Positions 38,641 to 48,976 of a stretch of 64,000 bases of DNA are shown piece after piece (position 1 is the stretch's first letter; the number at the start of each line of letters is the position of its first letter). The DNA lies in contig JBBSVW010000073.1 of NCBI GenBank assembly GCA_038046605.1, positions 11,023-75,022 of the forward strand. The letters run 5' to 3'. The notes under the pieces are model-generated. The model was not told the DNA's origin and did no database searches. It saw nothing but the letters and a program-made list of their open reading frames with translations. The DNA comes from Candidatus Micrarchaeota archaeon (GTDB lineage: Archaea; Micrarchaeota; Micrarchaeia; Norongarragalinales; SBBD01). Made by a program: the position numbers and the translations under genes.

Positions 38641-39615
38641 ATGGAATCCGAAAAAGAATTTTCAAAACATGATTTGGTTTACACTAGTTGTCCACTTTGC
38701 GGTGCGAACGAGTTCCGAACGGAGCTTGCGAGCGGGCAGTTGAGGCTTGTGAAGTGCAATAAGTGTGGCTTTGTTTACCTAAACCCTCGTCTCAAAACCC
38801 CTACCTTGATGAAATTGTATAACGAAGGCGCATTTTCTTCTCCTGATTATTACGCGGAAACTTCCGAAGCGGACAAGAGAAGCTTTGAAGATAGGTTGGC
38901 AATGATCGAATCCTTCACAAACAAAGGGAAGATTTTGGATGCCGGATGCTCCGTTGGATCCTTTTTGGAGATCGCAAAAAATAGGGGCTGGAAGGTAACT
39001 GGTTTTGATATAAACCGGAAGGCGATAACGGAATGCCGCCGCAAGGGCATCGATGCGGTATGTACTACTCTAGAAGAAACGAATTTCCCTCCGAATTATT
39101 TTGATGCCATAAGCATGAATGATTTCATAGAGCACGTGCCGGATCCGCTTGCGACCCTGAAAGGCGCAAATCGCTTGCTTAAGAATGACGGAATACTTTT
39201 CATTTCAACCCCCAAGATAAACAGCCTGCTTTACCGGATTTTCAGAAAGCGTTGGATTCACCTGAAGCCGTGGCAGCATCTGTCCTTTTTTACCCCCATA
39301 ACGATAAATAAAATTCTTAGGAAGGCTGGCTTTAAGGTCGTCCGTTGCTTCACATTGGGCCGGCACAGGAGCGTAAAGATACTCATCAACAAATCCGAAG
39401 CCTATGTTGGAAAAATCCTGAGGAAAGTACTTTGGCGGATCGCACCTAAAAGCATTCGGGATCGCACAATATATTTCGACCCAGGCGATGAGATGGGCAT
39501 CATTGCAATCAAAACGAACCAATCTAGACAAAGAAACCGAACAGATCAAGTAGGCAGCGGAGGTATGCATCGCCCGCAGAAAACCTTAAAAAGAAAGCCA
39601 AACTTAAAAGCCTAA
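38641..39615 (+). CDS. Class I SAM methyltransferase with N-terminal Zn-finger
   Basis: CPLCG...KCNKCGFVYLNPR; LDAGCSVG; IEHVPDP. Confidence 0.85.
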   Translation: MESEKEFSKHDLVYTSCPLCGANEFRTELASGQLRLVKCNKCGFVYLNPRLKTPTLMKLYNEGAFSSPDYYAETSEADKRSFEDRLAMIESFTNKGKILDAGCSVGSFLEIAKNRGWKVTGFDINRKAITECRRKGIDAVCTTLEETNFPPNYFDAISMNDFIEHVPDPLATLKGANRLLKNDGILFISTPKINSLLYRIFRKRWIHLKPWQHLSFFTPITINKILRKAGFKVVRCFTLGRHRSVKILINKSEAYVGKILRKVLWRIAPKSIRDRTIYFDPGDEMGIIAIKTNQSRQRNRTDQVGSGGMHRPQKTLKRKPNLKA

Positions 39616-39756
39616 ATCTTTATCACCATTTGTGCGGCTTTTATTTATGTGGGCAAAGTGCGGGGTTAGGTCGGGTCTTTGGAAGGTTTGCTTTTTCGAT
39701 AGTTCGGCGCATTTTTGATATTTTGCCATTCTTTCAAATAATAGGGGAGTTGAAGG

Positions 39757-41529
39757 ATGAAATTCGACAGGGTAACTCTTATTTTGTTTGGCATTGCCGC
39801 GATATTCCTCTTCAATGTGCTTGCGAACTTCAATCCCGCAGTCCGATATTCGCCGATGCTGGACGAATTCCTCGCTTTGGGAACACTCGAAATTTTCAAG
39901 GATAACCTTCTATCCGGCAAAAACCCCCTCGAAAACCAGCAATGGTGGTGCGGCAACTATTCTCCAATCAATGACGGCCTTACCCAGTTGTGGTTTCTCC
40001 CATCGCCCATAATCTACACTTTGTTTGGGGAAATGACCTACGTCAAGCTTGCATACCTATTTGCCATGGCGCTTTCTGGCATTTTCTTTTGGTACTTCTC
40101 GAGGGAGTTAACGGATTCGGATAGCGCGCGCCTCTTTGGGTCCTTGATGTACATGCTTGGCGGAGTAGTTGTTGGGCTTATTTATTGGGGCCCGTGGGAG
40201 CACTTACTGGCATTCCCCCTGCTGCCCCTTTGCCTGATGTACGGCCTAAGGGCGCTCCATAAGGAGGACAATATAAGCGTCCTCAAGGCGGCGGCCGTAA
40301 TTTCTGTCATGATCTACCTTGGCACGCCCTATTTCACAGGATACATTTTCATGATCCTGACCTTTGCCCTCTTCTTTCCATTTGAGGACGAGCGCAAATG
40401 GAGCAGGGCAATAACCCTTGGAAAAATCCTCGCCGTGAGCCTGCTCCTCTCCGCCCCAAGGCTGCTTACGATCCAATACCCCGATATTCGCGTCGCCGAT
40501 GTGAACGGGCTTGATTTTGGCGAGATAATCAACCATTTTCTAGGAAGGCGCCAGGCGTGGTATGAGGTCCGTGCCCGCCAGCTCTACATGGGGTTAATCC
40601 CAATTGGCCTTGCGTTATTTGCCCTGCTTTCCGAAAACAAGAAAAAAGCCCTCTTAATTGTTTCCATGCTGTGGTTTTTGAATTGGGCTGAAGGCACAAA
40701 TAGCATCATGGCATTTCTCCCATTCAAAATCCCCCTCGAAAACATGCTAAGGGACTATCGCTTTACCATGTGGACTTTTCCCCTCCTCATAAGCGCGCTT
40801 GCGGTCATTGGCCTTAAGGATGTGGAATCAAAATTCAAGGTGAAATCGCCCCTTTTCATCCTCTTTGCGTTTTTCATAATTGCACAGGGCCTAACCTCCA
40901 TGATCCAGCCAACCGGCATATCCAGTTTCATTGATTACAAGCAACAATTCTATTTCATCCCTAATATGGCGGATCTTCTAAGCAATATCATTCCCCTCAT
41001 CGGTGTCCTTGCGCTTACATACGTTGCCCTGCGGGAAGTCAAGGCCTCGCCCCAGGTGATTGCGCTCACTTTGCTTGCGGTGTTTCACATCATCACAATC
41101 ACCCTGCCAATCCTTAGGCCCTATCCGGACTATGCGCAGGATCCAGATATCAAGGCGGTTGCGGCGGAAATAGGCAAGGACACGTGGGTGTATGTGAATC
41201 TCGACAGTTTTGGCTCGAGGATCGTCTACGGCCTTACATTCAATGACGTTAAGGTAGCCAATTTGCCCTTCCAACCCTCTTTCAAGGTGACCCAAACCAA
41301 TATGGCATGCGGCAAATACCTAATTTCCTCGCAAGAGCTACCTGAGGTGGTTCCGATAATAACCAACCTGCCCGCTCCCAACACATACGCCGTTAAAATC
41401 TCCAAATTCTCGACGCACGGAAAACTAATAGTCTACAAGATAGAGCAGCTTGGCATTGCACAAAATCCCCAGCAGGGTGTTGCTGTTTGGGACCTGAAAT
41501 ACGGCTCAAACCTGTACGAGAAAGCGTGA
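39757..41529 (+). CDS. Multi-pass membrane protein, possible GT-C/YfhO-like glycosyltransferase
   Basis: More than 10 TM segments, WWCGNYSP loop, LYMGLIP; glycan-cluster context. Confidence 0.65.
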   Translation: MKFDRVTLILFGIAAIFLFNVLANFNPAVRYSPMLDEFLALGTLEIFKDNLLSGKNPLENQQWWCGNYSPINDGLTQLWFLPSPIIYTLFGEMTYVKLAYLFAMALSGIFFWYFSRELTDSDSARLFGSLMYMLGGVVVGLIYWGPWEHLLAFPLLPLCLMYGLRALHKEDNISVLKAAAVISVMIYLGTPYFTGYIFMILTFALFFPFEDERKWSRAITLGKILAVSLLLSAPRLLTIQYPDIRVADVNGLDFGEIINHFLGRRQAWYEVRARQLYMGLIPIGLALFALLSENKKKALLIVSMLWFLNWAEGTNSIMAFLPFKIPLENMLRDYRFTMWTFPLLISALAVIGLKDVESKFKVKSPLFILFAFFIIAQGLTSMIQPTGISSFIDYKQQFYFIPNMADLLSNIIPLIGVLALTYVALREVKASPQVIALTLLAVFHIITITLPILRPYPDYAQDPDIKAVAAEIGKDTWVYVNLDSFGSRIVYGLTFNDVKVANLPFQPSFKVTQTNMACGKYLISSQELPEVVPIITNLPAPNTYAVKISKFSTHGKLIVYKIEQLGIAQNPQQGVAVWDLKYGSNLYEKA

Positions 41530-41535
41530 CCTACC

Positions 41536-42117
41536 ATGAAAATACCCCGGATTTCCGTGATCGTTCCAGTCGGCAAGCATCGCTTGGCGGAGCTGAACGG
41601 CCTTAGGGAATCACTCAGGTTGCAAACCTACCGGAATTTTGAGTTGATTGTTGAGCAGGGCAGTAACGTAGCGGCAAACCGGAACCGCGGGGCCAAAAAA
41701 GCCAGGGGTGCCATGCTGCTTTTCCTGGATAGCGACATCCGCATATCAAAAGGCATGCTGCAGCTGGTGGCGGATACCTTGGAGCAAAAGCAAATCCTTG
41801 TTTTCTGGAAAGCGACCGCATTCGCAGCCCTGTTTAAAAATGATTTTGTGCCCTTCGACGAAACCTTCAGGTATGCCGAGGATACAAAATGGTTCCCCGA
41901 ATTGGAATCCCGAGGCGTGAGGATCGTGGAACTTATAGAAAACACCGGCAACCCTTCGATTCAAACCATCCTGAAGAAAAGCTTCACGAATCCATTCGAT
42001 TGGCGGCGAACGCCGGGCATTAGCATGAGGCGGGCTTTCCTATCGGCCGCATTTGATATCCTAAAAAGGCTCACTACGATGGCGGGCATACTTTTATCCT
42101 TCGTAATCAGAAAATAG
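41536..42117 (+). CDS. Short GT2 glycosyltransferase
   Basis: ISVIVPV, QTYRNFELIV, NRNRGAKKARG, FLDSD, AED. Confidence 0.78.
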   Translation: MKIPRISVIVPVGKHRLAELNGLRESLRLQTYRNFELIVEQGSNVAANRNRGAKKARGAMLLFLDSDIRISKGMLQLVADTLEQKQILVFWKATAFAALFKNDFVPFDETFRYAEDTKWFPELESRGVRIVELIENTGNPSIQTILKKSFTNPFDWRRTPGISMRRAFLSAAFDILKRLTTMAGILLSFVIRK

Positions 42118-42183
42118 GGCGCGGAAGCATCGGGAATATTTGGCATCATTTCCTGGCTAATTGGGCTTAGTTCCCCCCTCGGA

Positions 42184-42685
42184 TCATTTTTTCACTTTGA
42201 GCTTAATTTCAATCTCATGGATGAAAATAGGGTAAAGGGGGTTTATCAGCCCGATAAGCCCAATTCCCCCAAAATTGGCCACCCTGCCATTAAGTTTTAG
42301 CCTGGATTCTATCAGTTCAAATTCGCCGGTAATGTCGCAATAATTATTCGGCTCGAGCCTTGTGAAAAACCTAAAGCTCCTCTCCGTGAAAAAGTGGACG
42401 TGGGTCGGCTCATCGTAGCAGTTCTGGTGGTTGAAATACGGCACCTTGATTTGGATCGTAGCCCCATTCCTGCCGATCCGGTGCAATTCCTTCATCACCG
42501 CGATGATGTCCGGCAGATGCTCAATGATGTGCTCCCGCGTTCACCTTCTCGACGGTGCTTTTTTTGAACGGGTATGGGAATTTGTTCAGGTCGTGCACCA
42601 CATCGACGCCTTCGCTCTTTACGATATCGAGGTTCACCCACCCTTCCTTTTGCTTGGTTATCCCCGACCCCCGGTTAAGTTTCAT
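42184..42685 (-). pseudogene. Frameshifted class I SAM methyltransferase (relative of 31809-32351)
   Basis: MKLNRGSG...VDVVHDLNKFPYPF...VNA, then one extra G (plus-strand CCC at 42534-42536) before EHIIEHLPDIIAVMKELHRI. Confidence 0.82.
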
Positions 42686-42814
42686 TTCTTTTCACCTTCA
42701 ATGCTTGAATTGCAATTATTTATCGTGCCCATGCCCAACTGGCCATTGTTGGGATCTGCCGTGCCAGTTTTCCCCCTTGGATGATGGCGCTTTGAATGGA
42801 TTAGCCTTTTATGC

Positions 42815-43678
42815 TCATCTCAACAATCCCCTGACGTATTCCTTCAATTCCCTTCCCATGTCCTTGCGGGCCATTCCCATCTTCACAAATGACTTTGCGT
42901 AATCCAGTTTATTGCCTATATCGAACCTTTCTCCTTCGAACCTGCAAGCATACATCTTCTGCTTCAATGCAAGGGAATTAAGCGCGTCCGTAAGCTGGAC
43001 CTCCCCGCCTTTTCCGGCTTTTGTGCGGCTTAATTCCTCGAAAATCTCGGGTGTCAATATATACCTGCCGATAATCCCCAGGTTGGATGGCGCCTTTTCC
43101 GCGGATGGCTTTTCCACAAGCGATTCGATCTCGAATGCGTCGTTTGTGATTTTCCTTCCCTTGACGATCCCATACTTGTGGATATTTTCCTTCTCAATCT
43201 CCTCGACTGCAATGATGCTGCCGTGGTACTTTTCATAATTGGCAATCAGCTGCTTTAGGCAGGGCACTTTGCTTTCTACAATGGTGTCACCAAGCAGAAG
43301 TGCAAACGGCTTGCCTCCGATATGCTCCCTTGCGCAGAGCACCGCATCCCCAAGGCCATTTGGCTCCCGCTGCCTCACATAATGTATCGATGCAAGGGAT
43401 GAAATGCGCTCCAGCTCATCAAGTTTATCCATCTCCCCCTTGCGCTTGAGGTACTCCTCGAGTTCATATGATTTGTCAAAATGATCCTCAATTGACCTTT
43501 TTCCCCGGCCAGTAATGATTAGGATGTCTGTGATCCCCGAATTGACCGCCTCTTCAATCACATACTGTATTGTTGGCTTGTCAATTATCGGCAGCATCTC
43601 CTTTGGCTGCGCTTTGGTCGCGGGAAGGAATCTTGTGCCAAGGCCCGCCGCCGGTATTACTGCATGCTTGATGGGCAT
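42815..43678 (-). CDS. galU: UTP-glucose-1-phosphate uridylyltransferase
   Basis: AVIPAAGLGTRFLPATKAQPKEMLP, GLGDAV, VEKP, GEVQLTDA. Confidence 0.95.
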   Translation of the reverse strand: MPIKHAVIPAAGLGTRFLPATKAQPKEMLPIIDKPTIQYVIEEAVNSGITDILIITGRGKRSIEDHFDKSYELEEYLKRKGEMDKLDELERISSLASIHYVRQREPNGLGDAVLCAREHIGGKPFALLLGDTIVESKVPCLKQLIANYEKYHGSIIAVEEIEKENIHKYGIVKGRKITNDAFEIESLVEKPSAEKAPSNLGIIGRYILTPEIFEELSRTKAGKGGEVQLTDALNSLALKQKMYACRFEGERFDIGNKLDYAKSFVKMGMARKDMGRELKEYVRGLLR

Positions 43679-43845
43679 ATGCCATGATTTATCACGGCGT
43701 ATATTTTATACCTTTGCCAGGATCCATTGGGCTGCGCGTAAAAATTAGCTGAATTTGAATGCAACTTCCCATGCGGAAATTTTAGGGTGCGTGGATTCCA
43801 CCCGATTTTTTCCCCATTCCGTTAATGGAAATTTGGCTTCATCGC

Positions 43846-44847
43846 TTAAAGGAGCTTGGATGGCTTACCATCAAGGAAATTGCCATACCACTCAATTGTG
43901 CGCCTAAGCCCGGTTTCGAGATCGTATTCGGGCTCCCAGCCAAGGACGCGCCTGGCTTTTTCTATGGAAAGGTACTGTTCGGGAATTTCCTTCCCAGCGG
44001 TATTGGTCCATTGGGGCTTAGCATTCGATTTGAGCAGTTTTAGCATCAAATCCACCACTTCCCTAACCCTGATTACTTTGCCTGAGCTGAAATTGAACGC
44101 CTCGCCCGAAACCCCCTTCCTTTTGGCCTCAGTTCCAAGAAGCATGTACGCCCGGACAATATCGTCGATGTAGACAAAGTCGCGTTTTGGGGATCCGTCG
44201 CTTCGCATTACAAGGGGAGTGCCGTATTTGACATACTTGATGACTTTTGGGATTAGCCTCTTGAAATTAAGATCGCCCCCCCCGTAAGTATTCCCACAGC
44301 GCGCAACCGTTACGGGCAGGCCGTACGTCTCGAAATAGGAACGCGCAATCAGGTCTACGCAGGATTTGGAGACTTCATATGGGAACGCGCCTTTCATGGG
44401 CATGTCCTCGGTGTATGGCAACTTGTCGGAAATGCCATATGCCTTGTCGCTGGATGCGACTACAACGGATTCTACGCTCGAAGAGTTCCTTGCGGCCTCA
44501 AGCACGTTGCCAGAACCAATGATATTTGCATAAAATGTGCCCATCGGGTCCGATAGCGCCGTTGTCACCTGGGTCTGCGCCCCCATGTGGTAAATAACCT
44601 GGATTTCGTATTCCGCAAGGGTGCGCTTGATTAGGTCGTAGTCCTCCAATTTGCCGTGGACCATTACCGTATCCTTGTAAAGGCCGGTTGCAAATAACTG
44701 TGATTTGGGCACGAAGTCGCGCACAAGTGAAACCGTGTTGGCGCCGCAATTTTCCAAATGCTTGAGGATGGCCCCGCCAATGAAGCCCGATGCCCCCGTT
44801 ATCATCACATTCTTGTCGTGCCAAAACTGGCCATCTGTTGCGCCCAT
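43846..44847 (-). CDS. NDP-sugar dehydratase/epimerase (CDP-glucose 4,6-dehydratase-like), paralog A
   Basis: FWHDKNVMITGASGFIG, ASSDKAYG, YEVSK, RCGNTYGGGDLNF. Confidence 0.85.
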   Translation of the reverse strand: MGATDGQFWHDKNVMITGASGFIGGAILKHLENCGANTVSLVRDFVPKSQLFATGLYKDTVMVHGKLEDYDLIKRTLAEYEIQVIYHMGAQTQVTTALSDPMGTFYANIIGSGNVLEAARNSSSVESVVVASSDKAYGISDKLPYTEDMPMKGAFPYEVSKSCVDLIARSYFETYGLPVTVARCGNTYGGGDLNFKRLIPKVIKYVKYGTPLVMRSDGSPKRDFVYIDDIVRAYMLLGTEAKRKGVSGEAFNFSSGKVIRVREVVDLMLKLLKSNAKPQWTNTAGKEIPEQYLSIEKARRVLGWEPEYDLETGLRRTIEWYGNFLDGKPSKLL

Positions 44848-44958
44848 GTATATCCCCCGTACTGCTCAATATTCCCCTATTTTTTAGGAATGTGGCATTT
44901 AATAAGTTTTTATGCCAGTTGAATGTTCCCTGCATTGCATTTGCCACTGGGCAATGGC

Positions 44959-45387
44959 TTACTTTTGGGCGCTTTTGAAGGTGATCTTGCTATTCATGAC
45001 GTAATTGTACATGAATGTCATGCCTATTGCAATGGCCATTGATAAAAGATAGAACATTTTTGCATATTCTGTCAGCAACAATAGGATGGCAATATTTGCA
45101 ACCTGGCTTGTTATGTATATGGCCTCAAAATTAAGGAACCTTGAAAGGACTGGCTTTGCCTTGTCCCTTTTTGCAAAAGTCCAGTTGTCGTGCAAAACAA
45201 AATTCCAAATTATCGAGATCTGCGTTGCCAAAGCAGCTGAGATCAGGTAATGGACCTTTAGGATGTCCGTAAACACCCAAAGAAGGCTAATTGTCAGGAT
45301 CGTTGCACTAAGCCCAACAAGCAAGAATTTTGAAAAATCCTCGCCATGTTCCTTGATTTTTGTTAAAGCCTTTGCCCGTATTGACAT
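44959..45387 (-). CDS. GtrA family small flippase-like protein
   Basis: KFLLVGL, WNFVLHDNWTF, NYVMNSKITF. Confidence 0.88.
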   Translation of the reverse strand: MSIRAKALTKIKEHGEDFSKFLLVGLSATILTISLLWVFTDILKVHYLISAALATQISIIWNFVLHDNWTFAKRDKAKPVLSRFLNFEAIYITSQVANIAILLLLTEYAKMFYLLSMAIAIGMTFMYNYVMNSKITFKSAQK

Positions 45388-45489
45388 GTTCCAATTCATC
45401 AGTTGGCGGCATTCAGAAATTAAGCGCCTGCCGATAACCATTCCGATATGTGCATTATTATTGCATTTGCCTGCCGGATCCAAGGCGGA

Positions 45490-46740
45490 TCAATCGATCC
45501 GGTATACCCTGAACTTGCCGGAATATACCGCCTTGAAGCCGCATGCGGCCAATTCAGCCTTCCCTGATATCACGTACCTAGATCCCGTATACCCCGAAAA
45601 TTCCCTAATTGATCCGCATTCCGTTGTTACTTCCATGTATTTTTCAATGAGTGCAGCATCCCCTGCCGGGTCATAATTCCCCAAGGGGCTGGAAAATCCC
45701 CTAGCCGCAAGGACCGAATAGGCAGTCGTTGGCACATCCCTTAAAAGGAAATACTTCCCATCCAATTCCAGGGCTGGAAAATCATCCCCCAGCTGCGGTG
45801 GGAAATATGCCGCCTTCCCAAGGCCATATCCTATCAGCAGCAGGGCAATCCCGATCGAGGCAACGGACCTGTATTTGATGATGAATAATCCCGCTGCAAT
45901 CAATATCAAAAGGCCGCCTACAAGCAAAATGTAGCCCGAAAGGGCAATGCCGACAATCGATGGCTTGTTGCTCGCTGATATGAAAGGGGCCCAGAAAAGA
46001 ATTGATGGGGCAAGGCCTGCTATCGATATTGCAAGCGCATTTTTTATCCTCCCATTCATCTTTCCCTTGATGGCAATGAGCGCTCCCCCCATTATGGCAA
46101 GAAAGCCCAGAAGGATGATTGATTCAAGGAAATGCGTAAGCGAGGCTAACAGGGATGCGATGAATACAAATGCAATGGACCGGTTTGACGGTTTCCTAAG
46201 ATATTGGGCAATGGCCAAAATCCAAAGGAACAGCATCACAAAGCCTGCAAATTCGCCGTACCTGCCGGAGTTGAAAAAGCGGCCAACTGATATGGTCGAT
46301 GAAAGAATCACGGCGCAGGCAAATGCGCCATCGATGCTTTCCCTTCCAAGGGCCCTTGCCAGTTGCAGGCAGATCCAAAGGAGCATGATTTGCAAAAGCA
46401 GCATCGATAACGCAAGCGCCAGCCCCAAATTCCCTACAGCGAAATAAGCAAAGGTATCTATCAGGACTGAAACCGGGGGATAGTACATGAAAAGGGATGT
46501 GCCATTGTACCATTCCTTTGTGTATGAGTAGTCCTCAAGGAAAAAATACGGCCTTATTGCATGGGAAGAAAAATCCGAATCGTTGGATAAAAGGTCGATT
46601 GAAAATAGCTGGTAATTTTTCAGGGCGATGATGCCAATTGCCAGGGCCATTATTGCATACATCGCAAACCTGTATGAGGCATTTTTTCCCATTTTACCAA
46701 CTGGATAAGATGAATTGATAGGTATTTTAGCTTTCGGCAT
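45490..46740 (-). CDS. Multi-pass membrane protein, possible GT-C glycosyltransferase
   Basis: DFSSH, WYNGTSLFMYYPP; lies between GT2 and GtrA genes. Confidence 0.7.
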   Translation of the reverse strand: MPKAKIPINSSYPVGKMGKNASYRFAMYAIMALAIGIIALKNYQLFSIDLLSNDSDFSSHAIRPYFFLEDYSYTKEWYNGTSLFMYYPPVSVLIDTFAYFAVGNLGLALALSMLLLQIMLLWICLQLARALGRESIDGAFACAVILSSTISVGRFFNSGRYGEFAGFVMLFLWILAIAQYLRKPSNRSIAFVFIASLLASLTHFLESIILLGFLAIMGGALIAIKGKMNGRIKNALAISIAGLAPSILFWAPFISASNKPSIVGIALSGYILLVGGLLILIAAGLFIIKYRSVASIGIALLLIGYGLGKAAYFPPQLGDDFPALELDGKYFLLRDVPTTAYSVLAARGFSSPLGNYDPAGDAALIEKYMEVTTECGSIREFSGYTGSRYVISGKAELAACGFKAVYSGKFRVYRID

Positions 46741-46789
46741 TTGCCTGTTCGATTTTTTTCCCGGGCTGGCCTGCCCCCTTTATTGGCCT

Positions 46790-47554
46790 TCATTTGGATA
46801 GGATAAACTTGCTGTTTTTGGCAATCCCTTTCTTGTGCAGCCAGAACTCCGCCATTTCGCTTAGGATGTTGAGGGAATACTTGACCAGCTGCATGGGCGT
46901 TGGCGAGTGCGCCTCCTTGCCATAATGCGTCGGGATTGGCATTTCAACTATCCGGAATTTGAGCAATTTTGCCTGTATCAGGATGTCGGTGTCGAAATGG
47001 TAATCGTTTGAGCATTTATCGAACCTGACCTTGCGCAATGCCTTGCAGCTATAGATTCGGTAACCCGAATGGTATTCAGAAAGGTCCATCCCAAGGACCA
47101 GGTTTTCCACCCAGGTCAGGAACTTGTTTCCCATATATCGGATGATTGGCATCCCTCCGCCTAGGGGGTTCCCCTTCATCCTAGAGCCAAAAACCAAATC
47201 CGCCTTCCCCTGCTCAATTGGCAAAAGGAGTTTTGGCAACAGTTCCGGGGCATACTGCGCATCGCCATGCAGCATCACCACGATGTCGTATTTCTTCCTA
47301 AGCACATATTCGTATGCCTTCTTTTGCGATCCGCCATAGCCCAGGTTATGCTCATTCCGTATTACATTCAGGTTCGATAGCCCCTTTTCCTGCTTATAGC
47401 CAATAGCCGTGAGGTATGTGTTGTCGGGGCTTGCGTTGTCAATCACAATGATTTCCTTTACGCGCTTTTTGATTTCCCTAGGTATGCGGTCAATCACCCT
47501 TGGCAATGTGTGCGCCGCATTGTATGTCGGTATGAATATTGCTATTTTTTTCAT
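46790..47554 (-). CDS. GT2 glycosyltransferase (polyprenyl-phosphate sugar synthase-like)
   Basis: IPTYNAA, NLGYGGSQK, HGDAQY, SEYHSGYR, FDTDIL. Confidence 0.9.
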   Translation of the reverse strand: MKKIAIFIPTYNAAHTLPRVIDRIPREIKKRVKEIIVIDNASPDNTYLTAIGYKQEKGLSNLNVIRNEHNLGYGGSQKKAYEYVLRKKYDIVVMLHGDAQYAPELLPKLLLPIEQGKADLVFGSRMKGNPLGGGMPIIRYMGNKFLTWVENLVLGMDLSEYHSGYRIYSCKALRKVRFDKCSNDYHFDTDILIQAKLLKFRIVEMPIPTHYGKEAHSPTPMQLVKYSLNILSEMAEFWLHKKGIAKNSKFILSK

Positions 47555-47667
47555 TCAAAGCACTTTTTTTTGAATTCTTGCCAAATTTATTTTATGGTAT
47601 ATTGCCGGCTTGATGATGCCTTATCCCGTGGTTGTTTTTTTTGCAATCCGCTTCATTCCATTTATTC

Positions 47668-48975
47668 TCATTTCTTGAGGAATTCGCCCATTTTTTTTAG
47701 CATGTAATTGCATTCAGCTTCGGCTATCCCCGGGTACACTCCGAGGAAAAACGAATTTTCCATGACAATATCGGAGTTTTCAAGCCCGCCTGATATGCGG
47801 TATTTTGCCTCCCTATATGCCGGCTGCTTTGTAAGATTGCCGCTAAACAGCCTCCTGCTCTCGATCCCCGCCCCATCCAGGAACAGCTGCAGCTCGCGTA
47901 TCTTAAAGCCCGATTCCTTCCTTATGGTTAAAGGGAATCCGAACCATGACACTTCCGCTTTTTTGTGCCATTTTGGCAGCATGAATGCTTCGGAGTGCTT
48001 TTGCATCCCCTCATATAGGCGCTTGAAATTGCGCTTCCTTGCCTCCACAAACGAAGGCAGCTTTCTTAGCTGCTCAAGGCCAATTGCCGCCTGCATCTCA
48101 AGGGGCTTAAGGTTGTAGCCGATATTATCGTAGATGTATTTGTGATCGTAGGGAACGCCTCCTATTTTGAAATCAAACCTTACGCCGCAGGTGTTCGATT
48201 TCCCAGGGTCGCACCAGCAGCTCCTGCCCCAATCCCTAATCGAGCGCAATATCTTATCCAGGAGTTTTGTATCCGTCGCAATCGCTCCACCCTCCCCCAT
48301 GGTAATGTGATGGGCTGGATAGAACGAGAATGTTGCCATCTGCCCAAATGAGCCCAGGGGCTTACCATCAAATTTCCCCCCAAGGGCATCGCAGCAATCC
48401 TCAATCAGTAGCAAATTGTGCTTTGCTGCAAATTCAGTTATGGCCTGCATATCCGGCGGGTTCCCAAGCGTGTGGGCAAACATTATGGCCCTTGTCTTAT
48501 CACTTACTGCCGCCTCAAGCTTGCTTATATCGATTGCATACGAGCCAAGCTCCACATCCACGAAAACGGGCACAAGATTGTTTTGTATCATGGGATTTAC
48601 TGTTGTTGGGAATCCTGCGGCTACGGTTATGACTTCATCCCCGGCATGCAGCCTTCTTGAGTACATCCAAGAGCAGGCGGCGCTGACCGCAAGCAGGTTT
48701 GCAGAGGAGCCTGAATTAGTGAGGACGCCGTACTTTAAGCCCAAAATTTGAGAAATCTCCCTCTCAAATTGCGCTCCCCTCCCCCCTAGCGTCAAATAGA
48801 ATTCCAATAAAGTATCAAGCGATGCGAGCATCTCCTTTTCATCAAAGACCCTCCCCGCATAATTGATTTTGGACTTGCCAGGCTCGAATTTCCCCTTTGC
48901 ATGCGCAATCTTATGGTATTCGATGAGCAAATCCCTCATCTCATCCCTTAGCTTTGCCTTCCTTATTTCATCCAT
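47668..48975 (-). CDS. rfbH: CDP-4-keto-6-deoxyglucose 3-dehydrase (RfbH/DdhC, E1)
   Basis: NSGSSANLLA, AHTLGNP, EDCCDALG, SFYPAHHITMGEGG, DWGRSCWC...NTC, YDHKY. Confidence 0.92.
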   Translation of the reverse strand: MDEIRKAKLRDEMRDLLIEYHKIAHAKGKFEPGKSKINYAGRVFDEKEMLASLDTLLEFYLTLGGRGAQFEREISQILGLKYGVLTNSGSSANLLAVSAACSWMYSRRLHAGDEVITVAAGFPTTVNPMIQNNLVPVFVDVELGSYAIDISKLEAAVSDKTRAIMFAHTLGNPPDMQAITEFAAKHNLLLIEDCCDALGGKFDGKPLGSFGQMATFSFYPAHHITMGEGGAIATDTKLLDKILRSIRDWGRSCWCDPGKSNTCGVRFDFKIGGVPYDHKYIYDNIGYNLKPLEMQAAIGLEQLRKLPSFVEARKRNFKRLYEGMQKHSEAFMLPKWHKKAEVSWFGFPLTIRKESGFKIRELQLFLDGAGIESRRLFSGNLTKQPAYREAKYRISGGLENSDIVMENSFFLGVYPGIAEAECNYMLKKMGEFLKK

Positions 48976-48976
48976 T

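Noticed and set aside
39520-39615. Basic C-terminal tail on the methyltransferase as a separate domain
   Set aside because: Short and low-complexity; most simply a drifted stop codon.
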